Shown here: positions 9,087-19,612 of the stretch, in pieces
Numbering within the stretch: position 1 is the first letter of the stretch
How the letters are laid out: every line of letters starts with the position of its first letter
Source of the DNA: Wolbachia endosymbiont of Dirofilaria (Dirofilaria) immitis
GTDB lineage: Bacteria; Pseudomonadota; Alphaproteobacteria; Rickettsiales; Anaplasmataceae
Length of the DNA stretch: 32,000 nt
Assembly (NCBI RefSeq): GCF_013365455.1
Contig: NZ_CP046578.1
Location: 450,001-482,000 of the forward strand
Reading direction: 5' to 3'
Notes under the pieces: generated by a model
What the model saw: the letters and a program-made list of their open reading frames with translations, nothing else
Told to the model about the DNA's origin: nothing
Databases searched by the model: none
Position numbers and translations under genes: made by a program

Positions 9087-10628
9087 CTACACACAATTAA
9101 ATTGAGTAATAAAATTACTCACAATACTAAAAATATCGTTTTGTATACCATTATACATGTTGTTTGACAACTTTTTTAAAATTTCAGGATATGCATTATG
9201 CAAATAATTGATAAGATCATATTCAAATTTATTGATGTTGCTTATTTGTATCTTGCTTAACTGATCATACATATCAGAAAAGATATACATTAGTATTACC
9301 TGTTCTTCTATTGACATAGGTGAATGCTGTTTTTGCTTTAATAACTCAATAAGATATCTACCCTTATTCAAGGCTAATTGAACATTAGTATCAAGGTCAG
9401 AACTAAATTTTGCAAAGTCTTCCAATTCTCTATATTGAGCTAAACTTAGCTTTACAGAACCAGCAACTTTCTTTACAGATTTCAATTGTGCAGCAGATCC
9501 AATCCGTGAAACTGATAAACCTATATTTACTGCAGGGCGAAACCCTTCGTGAAATAATTCAGATTCAAGAAAAATTTGCCCATCGGTAATTGAAATTACA
9601 TTGGTTGGAACATACGCAGATACATCACCAGCCTGAGTTTCAATAATCGGTAAAGCAGTCAAAGACCCTTGCCCTCTTCCATCAGACATTTTAGCAGCTC
9701 TTTCAAGCAAACGAGAATGTACATAGAATATATCTCCAGGGTAGGCTTCACGGCCAGGAGGACGTCTCAACAGCAAGGACATTTGCCTATATGCTACAGC
9801 GTGCTTAGATAAATCATCGTACACTACCAAGCAATGCATTCCATTATCACGGAAAAATTCTCCAATAGTACAACCAGCATAAGGTGCTAAAAACTGCATA
9901 GGTGCACAGTCAGATGCACTAGCTACTACCACAGTTGTATACTCTAATGCCTGACTTTCTTTTAACTTATTTACCACTTTCGCTACTGCTGAAATTTTTT
10001 GTCCGATAGCAACATAAACGCAGTAAACTTTTTGATCTTCACCTACCCTGTCATTAATCTTCTTCTGATTCATGATAGTATCAAGTGCAATAGTAGTTTT
10101 CCCGGTTTGCCTATCGCCAATAATTAACTCACGTTGTCCTCTACCTATCGGAATTAGTAAATCTATAATCTTAATTCCGGTCTGTAGAGGTTCATGCACA
10201 GATTTACGATCAATGATACCTGGTGCCTTAGATTCTATGTCCATTCTATTTTTAACTCTAATCTCTCTACCTTTATCTATAGGATAGCCCAGAGCATTTA
10301 CGATCCTTCCTAGTGATTCATGTCCTACTGGCACTTGTATGACACCACCACTGCACTTTACAATATCCCCTTCTTTCACATCACGGTCATTACCAAGCAC
10401 CACTATTCCAGCTATATCATGATCTAAATCAAGAACTATCCCTTCTACACCACTTGCAAAAAATACCTTCTCACCGAACTTCGCTTCTTCAAGCCCATAA
10501 ACCAGTGCAATACCATCAACTACTGAAATTACCTCACCTATACTTTCTCGTTTTATAAGGTTATCAAACGCTTCAACTTTTTTCCGTATTATGTTTATAA
10601 CCTCAGAAGCATTTATATTATCTTTCAT
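9087..10628 (-). CDS. atpA: F1 ATP synthase alpha subunit
   Basis: 513 aa with Walker [12 protein letters not shown] and conserved blocks [24 protein letters not shown] and ITDGQIFLE. Confidence 0.97.
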   Translation of the reverse strand: MKDNINASEVINIIRKKVEAFDNLIKRESIGEVISVVDGIALVYGLEEAKFGEKVFFASGVEGIVLDLDHDIAGIVVLGNDRDVKEGDIVKCSGGVIQVPVGHESLGRIVNALGYPIDKGREIRVKNRMDIESKAPGIIDRKSVHEPLQTGIKIIDLLIPIGRGQRELIIGDRQTGKTTIALDTIMNQKKINDRVGEDQKVYCVYVAIGQKISAVAKVVNKLKESQALEYTTVVVASASDCAPMQFLAPYAGCTIGEFFRDNGMHCLVVYDDLSKHAVAYRQMSLLLRRPPGREAYPGDIFYVHSRLLERAAKMSDGRGQGSLTALPIIETQAGDVSAYVPTNVISITDGQIFLESELFHEGFRPAVNIGLSVSRIGSAAQLKSVKKVAGSVKLSLAQYRELEDFAKFSSDLDTNVQLALNKGRYLIELLKQKQHSPMSIEEQVILMYIFSDMYDQLSKIQISNINKFEYDLINYLHNAYPEILKKLSNNMYNGIQNDIFSIVSNFITQFNCV

Positions 10629-11185
10629 ATATAATTCCTCATTTTTAATATTTCCATTTTACTAAAATTAACCAATTCATCTAAGTAACTTTTCAGCGAA
10701 ACATCGATCAAATTAAAGCCGTACTTCACTATAAAACCACCAAGTATAGAAGGGTCAACTATATTGACTACTTTTACTATCTTACCAAGAAAGCTTAAAG
10801 ATTCAGTAATTATTTTTATATCAATCTCCTTTAAAACCTCTGCTGATTTTATAGTAACTTCTAATTCATTTTCATTTTTCCTTACAAGACTCAAAAATTT
10901 TTCTAATATAAAAATCAATAAATTAGAACGCCTATTTGCAAGTACCACCATAATAAATCTCACTAAGCTCTCACTCAAATCTCCATTTATAGAAAGTAAA
11001 ACTTCCTTCTTGCATGCAAGAGAAATCATAGGGTGGGACAGATACATAAAAACGTCACGTTGACTTTTTAAAAAAGCCAATATAAATTTTATTTCTTTTC
11101 TTATAGTATCTAATTTACCTTTTGAGACGTAAAACAGCGCCTTAGCGTAAGATGAAATTAAATTATTGTGTTGAGTCTTTTTCAT
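10625..11185 (-). CDS. atpH: F1 ATP synthase delta (OSCP) subunit
   Basis: 186 aa with OSCP-family features (SSYAKALF near the N-terminus, [34 protein letters not shown] near the C-terminus). Its TGA stop overlaps the atpA ATG (ATGA at 10628-10625). Confidence 0.8.
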   Translation of the reverse strand: MKKTQHNNLISSYAKALFYVSKGKLDTIRKEIKFILAFLKSQRDVFMYLSHPMISLACKKEVLLSINGDLSESLVRFIMVVLANRRSNLLIFILEKFLSLVRKNENELEVTIKSAEVLKEIDIKIITESLSFLGKIVKVVNIVDPSILGGFIVKYGFNLIDVSLKSYLDELVNFSKMEILKMRNYI

Positions 11186-12098
11186 GTCAAATTATCTAAT
11201 ATATAGAGTTAAACATCTTTAGCTTGACCATAGAGTCTAACCTAAAAAGACTTAGACCTCTAATATGGTGACTAAACTTATGATTACCGATAAAATCCAC
11301 TACAAAACAGCTATTTATAACCGCTAAAGGGAAGTATGCAAAAAAAATGAGAGCCAGTAATCAAAATAATTATAATAGATTTCTTGCAGAAAAGAAAACA
11401 CTTCTATTTACACTTACTTTTTTTATCAGCTAGAAAAGTATGTTACCTAAGGCAGCGTAGAAAAGTGTTATCAAATAGTGGATATTGTAATCTAAACACA
11501 TTTTAATAGTTTTACTTTTTTCTTTAAATCTAAGAGTTTATTAATTTCAATCTTTCTCTTTACTTAAGGCTAGCTTCTCCATTAACACCAGTCACTTGCT
11601 TAGGCTTTCTACTCCTTTTAAGCTATAATATAGCAGGTACACTAAAGTTTTATTGGATCAAGAAAACTTGTGAAACGCTTTTCTATGATTCCTAGAACTC
11701 TCAACTTTAGAAGAGCTAGTAAATTCCTTTTAGTTAACACTATACCTTCAGACATTATACCACCTATCATAGGTTTTAAATACCAAGTTGCCCTCATTCT
11801 AAGCTAACTTCTTCTTTAAATAGCTTTTATGCTTGCCTTTGAATATACTACTTCATAAAACTAGAAACCAGTAAGTACTTTAAAGTTTTTCTATTAAGAA
11901 CTATGTTGATCATTGAATCTATAAAGGTTTTTCGGTATTTACATATACAGCATCTCTTTTTATCTTTTAATAAAAAAATTCATATGTTGCTAACACTTAG
12001 GAAGAGTCTTCACCTACTTTGACAAAGAATTTTTATCATACTCGAATTGATTTAACAAATAACATAAAACTAAATACCATACAACAATCGAGAAGAGA

Positions 12099-12797
12099 AT
12101 GGACAAATCACAATTAGTCAAAGAAGTATTTAACTCTATAGCAAGTCACTACGACATCATGAATGACATAATGAGTTTTGGAATGCATAGGCTATGGAAA
12201 GACAAAATGGTAAATAGTATGCATTTTACAAAAAACTCTAAGGTTTTGGACATCGCTGGAGGAACTGGAGATATAGCAATAAGAATAGCAAGAAGAGAAC
12301 CAAGTACTCAAGTCACAATATGCGATATAAACCAAAACATGCTGAGCAGGGGAATCGATAAAGCCATAAACTCAAATCAGCTCAATTTCAATTGGGTGTG
12401 TGCAAATGCAGAAAATTTGCCATTTGAAAATTCTACATTTGATTATTGTACGATAGCCTTCGGTATTCGAAACATTTCTGACCGTAAAAAGGCTTTAAGT
12501 GAGGCGTATAGGGTATTGAAACTGAACGGGAAATTTATCTGCTTGGAGTTTGCCCCTATGCATTACCAAAACGAAATATTTACCAAATTCTATGACCTAT
12601 ATTCATTTAAAGTAATTCCTAAAATCGGTAGCATAGTTGCTAAAGATAAAAAACCTTATAAGTATTTAGTAAAAAGCATCAGAGAGTTTCCAACTCAGAC
12701 TAAGTTTCAAATGGAAATTGAAGAGGTAGGCTTTCGAAATGTTGAATTTTATGACATGAGCTATGGGATAGTGGTGTTACACATTGGAACAAAATAA
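12099..12797 (+). CDS. ubiE: Ubiquinone/menaquinone biosynthesis C-methyltransferase UbiE
   Basis: 232 aa with [25 protein letters not shown] (the UbiE N-terminal signature), SAM motif [13 protein letters not shown], and AFGIRN. Confidence 0.9.
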   Translation: MDKSQLVKEVFNSIASHYDIMNDIMSFGMHRLWKDKMVNSMHFTKNSKVLDIAGGTGDIAIRIARREPSTQVTICDINQNMLSRGIDKAINSNQLNFNWVCANAENLPFENSTFDYCTIAFGIRNISDRKKALSEAYRVLKLNGKFICLEFAPMHYQNEIFTKFYDLYSFKVIPKIGSIVAKDKKPYKYLVKSIREFPTQTKFQMEIEEVGFRNVEFYDMSYGIVVLHIGTK

Positions 12798-12804
12798 ACA
12801 TCAA

Positions 12805-12827
12805 AATTTAGTATAGAATACTAAATT
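12805..12827 (+). terminator. Perfect 10-bp hairpin just after the ubiE stop (weak terminator candidate)
   Basis: AATTTAGTAT (12805-12814), AGA loop, ATACTAAATT (12818-12827). The stem is AT-only and no U-tract follows, so function is uncertain. Confidence 0.2.
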
Positions 12828-13654
12828 ACTATTTCAGTAGGTTCCTTATTTACTCACACTCAGCAAGCTCTTCAAAAGCACAGCGTTTTTTTCCATAGCA
12901 TAAAATCATTTTATATAACATCATAACATCATACAATTTACAGTCCTATCACTGATTACTTTAGTAACATTTTTCTTCATCAGCATAAAAACTATACTTA
13001 ATCTTTCTATTTGTAAAAGTTTTACTATCTTTTTCATTAACGATACTTGACATAAAAGAAACAGCACGAAAATTTTTAAATTACTAGATCATTAGAAGTT
13101 TTCAAAAAGAGGCCAATTAATTAGAGTTAGACCAGGCAAAGGTAGCGTAAAATTTTTCTCTCTGATGTCACGTAGATTTTATGTTTTCTGTTTAGAAAGA
13201 AGAATTCAGTTTTATTATGCACTTAGTTGTAATGAATTATTTAATTCTATTAACGGATTTTTTAACATTTCAATTTAATTTATCACATAATTTATCAATA
13301 GACATAGAAGTAACGTTGAGTATTATTTTCCCTACTATTAGCAAATAACTAACTAAAAAGATCATAGAGATATTAGACTGCTCCTTCGAAGTTATTCTAC
13401 TTCAGCTTTGGAAATATCAGCCCTGAGTGGATTCCGTACAACTTTAATTTTTTTACCTTTATCTCTTCCTTTTTAAGCAGCATTACCAAGTGTTCTTAAA
13501 TAAGAATAAGCTATTCATCACATGTTCACTTTATTTCTCCTTTATAGGCAATAAATTCTTCTTCTAACCAATTAAATCTATAAAAACACTTTGTTATTTT
13601 AAGGTTCGATACTAGTTATCTTGTCAGCTCTGTCTTGAATATACCTCGCATAGT

Positions 13655-13683
13655 TTGACACTATCTTTACCTCTGTAAAGAAT
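13655..13683 (+). promoter_or_regulatory. Candidate promoter upstream of the ABC exporter (TTGACA-N17-AAGAAT)
   Basis: Consensus -35 at 13655-13660, a 17-nt spacer and a 4/6 -10 at 13678-13683, about 280 nt upstream of the ATG at 13967. Motif only. Confidence 0.2.
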
Positions 13684-13966
13684 ATCAACGATGTTTTATC
13701 CTTTATTTAATTTCTATCATGAAGGTCAAAAATATTGTTGAGAAAATGGATAAAAGTACGTTAGCAAGATAACCTTTTAAAGGTCGAGAATTTTTAAAAA
13801 AGATATAGTAAATGAAAAAACATTTGATTATGTAGTGTACTACTCTATACAAATATTCAACCTTCTTTAGCAATGGTTGTGCCCCCAAAGCTTGCAAAGC
13901 ATATCTTTTTCCTCTTTCTCATGAAACTAAAATCTATATACTTAACTCTAGAAACTTTAAAATAAA

Positions 13967-15673
13967 ATGCGATCTGATATTAGGCAACTATTTTACTATA
14001 TAAAGCCTAACCTACATTATTTTATTATAGCTTTTATTGCAGTCCTATTTTCCGCTTTAATGATTCTCCTTTTTGGCAGAGGTCTGAGCAGCATAATTGA
14101 TTCTAGTGCAAGACATAATTTTACTACTAAATTAGTAGTAACTATATTTATAGTTTTAGGCATTTCTTTTGCTGCATTTGTTAAGTTGTATTTTATAGGA
14201 ATGGGTAGTGAGAAAGTTGTTGCAAGAATCAGGTATGACTTATATAGCAATATTACTGATTTACAACCAAGTTTTTTTGAGAATACTAGCGTACAAGATG
14301 TTATCTCGGCGTTAATTACTGATACCTCTGTGTTACAATCAATAATAAATAGTAGCTTACTCACCATATTACGGAATTTTGTGATACTAATTGGTAGTGT
14401 TGCTATGTTGTTATATACGAACCTACACCTAACCACATATGCAGCTGCAATAGTTCCAATGTTATTGATCATTATGACATCACTTGGAAAAAAGGTACGC
14501 AATTATGCACGCTTTGCCCAAAGCAAGCTAAGTGAACTTGCATCACTTAGTGAGGAAAATCTCAGATCCATAGCAACTATTAAATCATTTGTGTTAGAAG
14601 AAAATGAGAAAGCACGTTTTAAGGAATACTTAAGCTCAGTATCAGAATCATACTTAAGATTAGTCCTCCTGCGTGCTATTTTAGTAACTTTAATCATCTC
14701 ATGTGTGATAGGTTCGTTAGTTATTTTGCTTTTCTTTGGTATCAAAGAGGTCTTGAGCAGCAATATGACTATTGGCGAGCTCTCCTCATTTGTGTTCTAT
14801 TCAGCACTTGCAGCAGGAGCTGTAAATAATTTGAGCGATAACGTTAGTGATTTACAACGAGGTTTTGGAGTAGTAGAGCGTCTACTTGAACTCAAAGATA
14901 TGAAAAGCCCCATAGTAGACTCTAGGAACCCTATAAAAATTCATAACGTTCAAAAAGAAATCGCGTTTAACGATGTAACATTTTTTTATGAATCTCAACC
15001 CAATAGACCAGTCCTAAGCAATGTATCCTTTTCTATAAAGGTAGGCCAATCCGTCTCAATCATTGGACCGTCCGGCAGTGGCAAAAGCACTATTTTAAAA
15101 CTTCTGCTCCGTTTTCATGATCCAAATAAAGGCAGCATTACCATCGATGGACACAACATTAAGTCAATCGCATTAAATAACCTCAGGTTGTTATTTGGTT
15201 TAGTACCGCAAGATCATACGATATTTTCTTGCTCAATAATGGAAAATATATTATATGGTAAACCAGGTGCTGAATATAAGGAAGTGAAGCAAGCAGCTAT
15301 CAGCGCTTATGCGATGGAGTTTATTGATAAGTTACCTAATAAATTCGATACATTTGTAGGGAAAAGAGGATTAAAGCTCTCTGAAGGACAAAAGCAACGT
15401 ATTATAATAGCAAGAGCAATACTCAAAAATCCTCAGATTTTAATACTGGATGAGGCAACTTCTGCTCTTGACTATGAAAGTGAGAACCTTGTACAAAAAG
15501 CATTGAAAGAGTTAATGAAAAATAGAACGACGATCATGATTACACACAGGCTGTCATCTACACTCACAACCGATAAGATCGTAGTAATTAACCATGGAGA
15601 AATAGAGGAAATAGGAACTCATGATTCCCTCATAAGCAAAAATGGACTATATGCAAAATTAGCGAAAATATAG
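13967..15673 (+). CDS. ABC exporter, fused permease/ATPase (ABCB/MsbA-like)
   Basis: 568 aa with an N-terminal six-helix ABC_membrane domain, Walker A GPSGSGKST, Q-loop, signature LSEGQKQR, Walker B ILILDEATSALD and H-loop ITHRL. Confidence 0.88.
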   Translation: MRSDIRQLFYYIKPNLHYFIIAFIAVLFSALMILLFGRGLSSIIDSSARHNFTTKLVVTIFIVLGISFAAFVKLYFIGMGSEKVVARIRYDLYSNITDLQPSFFENTSVQDVISALITDTSVLQSIINSSLLTILRNFVILIGSVAMLLYTNLHLTTYAAAIVPMLLIIMTSLGKKVRNYARFAQSKLSELASLSEENLRSIATIKSFVLEENEKARFKEYLSSVSESYLRLVLLRAILVTLIISCVIGSLVILLFFGIKEVLSSNMTIGELSSFVFYSALAAGAVNNLSDNVSDLQRGFGVVERLLELKDMKSPIVDSRNPIKIHNVQKEIAFNDVTFFYESQPNRPVLSNVSFSIKVGQSVSIIGPSGSGKSTILKLLLRFHDPNKGSITIDGHNIKSIALNNLRLLFGLVPQDHTIFSCSIMENILYGKPGAEYKEVKQAAISAYAMEFIDKLPNKFDTFVGKRGLKLSEGQKQRIIIARAILKNPQILILDEATSALDYESENLVQKALKELMKNRTTIMITHRLSSTLTTDKIVVINHGEIEEIGTHDSLISKNGLYAKLAKI

Positions 15674-15714
15674 TAGACATATTATACTATCACAAATTAA
15701 CACAAATTAGGTTG

Positions 15715-15739
15715 ATATCTTAAATTTAGGTTAAGATAT
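15715..15739 (+). terminator. 9-bp hairpin 42 nt after the ABC exporter stop (weak terminator candidate)
   Basis: ATATCTTAA (15715-15723), 7-nt loop ATTTAGG, TTAAGATAT (15731-15739), followed by TTAATT. The stem is AT-rich and the U-tract is poor. Confidence 0.2.
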
Positions 15740-16314
15740 TTAATTCTCAAACATTTTAACCTATAACAAACCAATGTCCTTTTTCTAAGGACTGGTATCA
15801 CTCATACTTATGTTTTTACCATACTAACAACATATGACTACCCATTGTTTACCAATTTTACTAATATACACTTCTTACATACCTACAGAAGATTGTTTCT
15901 AAACAATTTATATATACATAGTGTGATTTTAACATATATGCTCTATATTCTTTCAAGGGCACTTAGATACTATTCAAATAATATTATGCACCTTACTTTT
16001 TAATAAAAAAAATTCATAAGTAAAAGCTTACTTGTTACTTATATGGCAGTTTTACTACTTAATACTACATAATTAATTCAAACTGTATTTAGTTCCTTTT
16101 TGAAGCCTTATCACCTTTTGATCACAAGCAAAAAACCTCTAAATTCTAATATTTGCACAATAGCTGCTTATCTATACATAGCATAAATAAATCTGCTGGT
16201 AATTCTGTCAATAACTGCTTAACTATATCACTACTGAGGTTACATTTTTATAAGATAAATCTTCAATTAACCTTACCCATTTACTATACTGCTATATAGT
16301 TTATAGATTTTTGA

Positions 16315-18024
16315 TTGATGAACATTTTTAAGCAGATTTTTTTGTTAATTCTTAGCAAATTAGATGAGTTAAAGCAAAAGAGTATTATAAATACGAGTGT
16401 AGAAAATTTTATCTTAGAACCTCCAAGTAATAGAGCATATGGAGATGTTTATACAAATGTCGCCATGGTGCTTGCAAGGTATGAAAGAAAGAACTCCATT
16501 GAGATTGCAGAAATATTAGCAGAAGAATTTGAACTTTTTAACGAAATTGCAAAAGTAGAAATAGCTGGCCCTGGTTTTATCAACATGAACTTTAAAATAG
16601 AAGTATGGCACAGAATTCTTAAACAAATAAATGAGCTGAAAACAGAATTTGGTACTTTAAACATTGGAAATAATCAGGCTGTTAATGTTGAATTTGTATC
16701 TGCAAATCCAACTGGCCCACTGCATATCGGTCATGTAAGAGGAGCAATATTTGGTGACGTTTTAGCAAACTTGTTAAAAAAAGTTGGCTATCAAACCACT
16801 AAGGAGTATTACATCAATGACGCTGGAACACAGATAGATATGTTAATTCGATCAGTATACTTACGGTATAAGGAAGCTTTAGGAGAGAAGATTAATATCG
16901 AAAAAGGTTTATACCCAGGCGAATATTTAAAAGCAATAGGAAAAGGGCTAGCTAAAAAATATGGTAAAGATCTTCTAGAAGAGCAAGATTACCAAATAAT
17001 TAGAGATTATACTTTAAATTCTATCTTAGAACTCATAAAAGAAGACATGAACTTACTTGGAGTGAATCATGATATCTTTACTTCAGAGTATGAGCTGCAA
17101 AAAAGTGGCAAAATTGAAGAGAGCATAAAGATATTATCTGAGAAGGGTTTAGTATATGAAGGATACCTAGGCAAACCAAAAAGTAAAGAAAGCGAAAATT
17201 GGATTTCTAGAAAAGAAATGTTGTTTTGTTCCACAAAATTTGGTGATGACGTTGATCGTGCACTTAAAAAAGAAGATGGTAGCTGGACTTATTTTGCATC
17301 AGACATTGCCTATCATTTTGATAAGATATCACGCGGTTTTAGCAATATGGTAGTAGAGCTTGGTAGTGACCACGGCGGCTATATTAAAAGGCTCAAAGCA
17401 GTTGTTTCTGCACTAAGTGATAATAAGGCAAAGATAGAGGTAAAATTGCATAATATTGTAAATTTCTTCGAAAACGGAAAACCTATTAAGATGTCCAAAA
17501 GATCAGGAAACTTCCTAACAGCAAGAGATGTAGTTGAGGAAGTTGGTAGGGACGTTACTCGCTTTATAATGCTAACACAAAGAAATGATATAGTTCTCAA
17601 CTTCGATTTTGCTAAAGTGAAGGAGCAATCAAAAGATAATCCTATTTTTTACGTGCAATATGCATGCGCCCGTGCTCATTCGTTAATGCGCAACGCTCCA
17701 AAAGAACTTCCAAGTGCAGACCTTTCACTTTTAAAGACTGATGAGGAACTATTACTTATAAAAATCTTAGCAAAGTGGCCAGGTGTAGTAGAAATAGCTG
17801 CAAGGCTTTATGAGCCACACAGAATTACTTTCTACTTACTTGAAGTTGCAGAAGCATTCCATGCTTTATGGGGATATGGTAAAAATAACTTAAATATGCG
17901 GTTCATACTAAAAGATGATTTAGACCTAACTGCTGCAAGAATATCCCTCGTCCAAGCTTTAATACACATCATTACTTCCGGGCTTTCTGTTTTTAACATA
18001 GAGCCTTTAGAAGAGATGAAATAA
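16315..18024 (+). CDS. argS: Arginine--tRNA ligase
   Basis: 569 aa with the class I HIGH motif ([15 protein letters not shown]), a KMSKS-like IKMSKRSG, and a C-terminal DALR anticodon-binding region. The track start at 16315 is TTG. The adjacent ATG at 16318 is the more likely start. Confidence 0.95.
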   Translation: MMNIFKQIFLLILSKLDELKQKSIINTSVENFILEPPSNRAYGDVYTNVAMVLARYERKNSIEIAEILAEEFELFNEIAKVEIAGPGFINMNFKIEVWHRILKQINELKTEFGTLNIGNNQAVNVEFVSANPTGPLHIGHVRGAIFGDVLANLLKKVGYQTTKEYYINDAGTQIDMLIRSVYLRYKEALGEKINIEKGLYPGEYLKAIGKGLAKKYGKDLLEEQDYQIIRDYTLNSILELIKEDMNLLGVNHDIFTSEYELQKSGKIEESIKILSEKGLVYEGYLGKPKSKESENWISRKEMLFCSTKFGDDVDRALKKEDGSWTYFASDIAYHFDKISRGFSNMVVELGSDHGGYIKRLKAVVSALSDNKAKIEVKLHNIVNFFENGKPIKMSKRSGNFLTARDVVEEVGRDVTRFIMLTQRNDIVLNFDFAKVKEQSKDNPIFYVQYACARAHSLMRNAPKELPSADLSLLKTDEELLLIKILAKWPGVVEIAARLYEPHRITFYLLEVAEAFHALWGYGKNNLNMRFILKDDLDLTAARISLVQALIHIITSGLSVFNIEPLEEMK

Positions 18025-18069
18025 GCAAAGAAATATGGAAATAAGAAAGACCGCGAGCTTTCCTACACA

Positions 18070-19365
18070 TTAAATTACAGTAGCATAACCCTTCTCTTTC
18101 CTGCTGTTGATGATTATTTCCCCTACTGTTACTGCTGCTAAAATAAAGCAATAATGCACCCGTGTTGACAAAAAAATAGGTGATACAGAGGCTATGCTAC
18201 CAGCTAGCAATAATTGGGAGCCGTAAGGTAAAATACCTTTTGTAGCACAAGCAAAAACATCTAGTAAGTATGCACTACGGTATGGTGCAATATCATGCTT
18301 TTTTGCAAGCCTTTTTGCAATGCTGCCACTTAGCAAAATAGCAATAGTATTATTAGCAACTAGAATAGTAAACATAGATGCTATTCCTGCTATTACAAAT
18401 TCAGCTCTAGTTTTTGTGATACTACTTCCATCAATAAGTTTATATAATGTTTTTTGACCTTGTTTGTACATTATATTGCTCAATCCACCAATAAATAAGG
18501 CAAACATTACTATTTCGTTTACTTTTTTAAACCCCCTATATATGTCATGAGAGAATTGAATAATAGAATAGTCAAAAAAAGCTATTCCTAGAATACCAGC
18601 AATAATTATGTTTACAGTTATTGTTACCAGCGTAGTAACTTCAAATAGGGCCATAATTATTAAAGAAATATAAGGAATAACCTTTATTATTGATAAATAA
18701 TCTAAGTTTGATATAGTGATAATTCTCGCACTATCTACAGTAATTACTAAATAGATAAGTGTTATAATGCTGGCAATAAACGCTACTTTAGAATTTGCCT
18801 GAAGTTTATCTTTTATTGTAGCGTTTTGTGAGGAAACAGATGCAATAGTGGTATCAGATATCATTGAAAGGTTATCACCAAATACGGCGCCCCCAACTAC
18901 AGTTGCAGTTCCTATCTCAAGATCAAAAGCTCCATTCTTTGCTAAGTCAACAGCAATTGGTACCATCAGTGCAACAACTCCCATAGATGTACCAATTGCA
19001 GTTGAAATAAAAGCAGAAGCCAAGAATACTCCAGGTAACAATAACCTCGCTGGAAGAAAATTGAGAATCAGATTAGCAACAGTATTTGCACTATCAATTG
19101 ATTGACTAACAGAAGAAAATGCTCCAGAAAACAGGAAAATTAAGCACATAGTAAGGGTATTCTTGTTACCCATACCTTCGATGACAGTATCGATGTTATG
19201 TTGCATTTTATCTGTTCTACGCGAGATGGCAAAAAATAGTGCTGGCAATAAGCAAACTACCGGAGAAATTTGACGAAGTGGATTATCAATTCCGGTGAAG
19301 AAAAAATAAGTGCCGCTTCCAAGATGTAAAACTAAGAAAATAAATAGAGGAATAAAAGCAATCAT
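18070..19365 (-). CDS. nhaC: Na+/H+ antiporter, NhaC family
   Basis: 431-aa polytopic membrane protein with the motif FGDNLSMISDTTIAS, which resembles the conserved NhaC-family GDxxSPISDTT block. Confidence 0.75.
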   Translation of the reverse strand: MIAFIPLFIFLVLHLGSGTYFFFTGIDNPLRQISPVVCLLPALFFAISRRTDKMQHNIDTVIEGMGNKNTLTMCLIFLFSGAFSSVSQSIDSANTVANLILNFLPARLLLPGVFLASAFISTAIGTSMGVVALMVPIAVDLAKNGAFDLEIGTATVVGGAVFGDNLSMISDTTIASVSSQNATIKDKLQANSKVAFIASIITLIYLVITVDSARIITISNLDYLSIIKVIPYISLIIMALFEVTTLVTITVNIIIAGILGIAFFDYSIIQFSHDIYRGFKKVNEIVMFALFIGGLSNIMYKQGQKTLYKLIDGSSITKTRAEFVIAGIASMFTILVANNTIAILLSGSIAKRLAKKHDIAPYRSAYLLDVFACATKGILPYGSQLLLAGSIASVSPIFLSTRVHYCFILAAVTVGEIIINSRKEKGYATVI

Positions 19366-19443
19366 TTTATTATAATTAAAAGTTCAAACTATAACTAATT
19401 AAATAATTTTAAGCAAGTCTAGTTTCACTAGTTCTACAGAAAG

Positions 19444-19472
19444 TTGACAATAGAGTTTTGAGCTTTTATACT
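19444..19472 (+). promoter_or_regulatory. Near-consensus sigma70 promoter upstream of rluC (TTGACA-N17-TATACT)
   Basis: TTGACA at 19444-19449, a 17-nt spacer and TATACT at 19467-19472, about 140 nt upstream of the rluC ATG (19613), in the divergent nhaC/rluC spacer. Confidence 0.35.
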
Positions 19473-19529
19473 TAATTTATTTAATTAAATAGTGCAAAAG
19501 GCTATGAATCCTTTTGGCAATAGAGTTTT
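19444..19529. repeat. Two copies of a 16-nt direct repeat (15/16 identical), 70 bp apart
   Basis: TTGACAATAGAGTTTT at 19444-19459 and TTGGCAATAGAGTTTT at 19514-19529. Read directly from the sequence. The first copy contains the -35 hexamer above. Confidence 0.6.
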
Positions 19530-19612
19530 TGTAGCAGAGCACTGAGGTTTAGGAAAATTATTGTCCTCATAACCAATTTTAACAAGTTACAATATCTATT
19601 ATAAATAATGAA

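Noticed and set aside
4870-11063. Track ORFs antisense to hlyD, the virB2-like gene, the M48 protease, ribB, greA, atpA and atpH. These are 4870-5142, 6332-6580, 6791-7021, 8123-8311, 8383-8565, 8566-8748, 8711-8896, 10072-10287 and 10764-11063.
   Set aside because: Each is fully or mostly nested within, or out of frame with, a strongly supported gene. None has a recognisable motif.
11482-11495. Exact 14-mer ATATTGTAATCTAA shared between 11482-11495 and 20591-20604
   Set aside because: The flanks do not extend the match. A single 14-nt AT-rich coincidence is expected by chance in 32 kb on two strands. It is not evidence for a repeat family.
11642-11797. 51-codon minus-strand frame (MRATWYLKPMIGGIMSEGIVLTKRNLLALLKLRVLGIIEKRFTSFLDPIKL) in the atpH/ubiE spacer
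   Set aside because: It is the longest open frame I found by hand in the part of that spacer I translated. It is below the ORF cutoff, I recognise no family motif, and I see no start context. It is mentioned only as possible pseudogene debris.
13601-13620. GGTTCGAT, a T-loop-like string that could indicate a tRNA
   Set aside because: The flanking bases do not form a T-stem (AAGGT against TAGTT). There is no acceptor, D-arm or anticodon-arm structure around it.
13703-13897. 64-aa minus-strand ORF in the ubiE/ABC spacer
   Set aside because: It has a hydrophobic, Ile/Phe/Tyr/Lys-rich low-complexity sequence typical of random frames in AT-rich DNA. I see no promoter or RBS and no family resemblance. 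It may be debris of an eroded gene, but it is not supportable as a CDS.
13967-15673. The idea that the ABC exporter is the T1SS partner of the hlyD-family gene at 3612-5054
   Set aside because: The Walker B and signature region (LSEGQKQR, ILILDEATSALD) and the N-terminus look like generic ABCB/MsbA exporters. It has no C39 peptidase or CLD domain, and it is 9 kb away on the opposite strand. The link cannot be supported from sequence alone.
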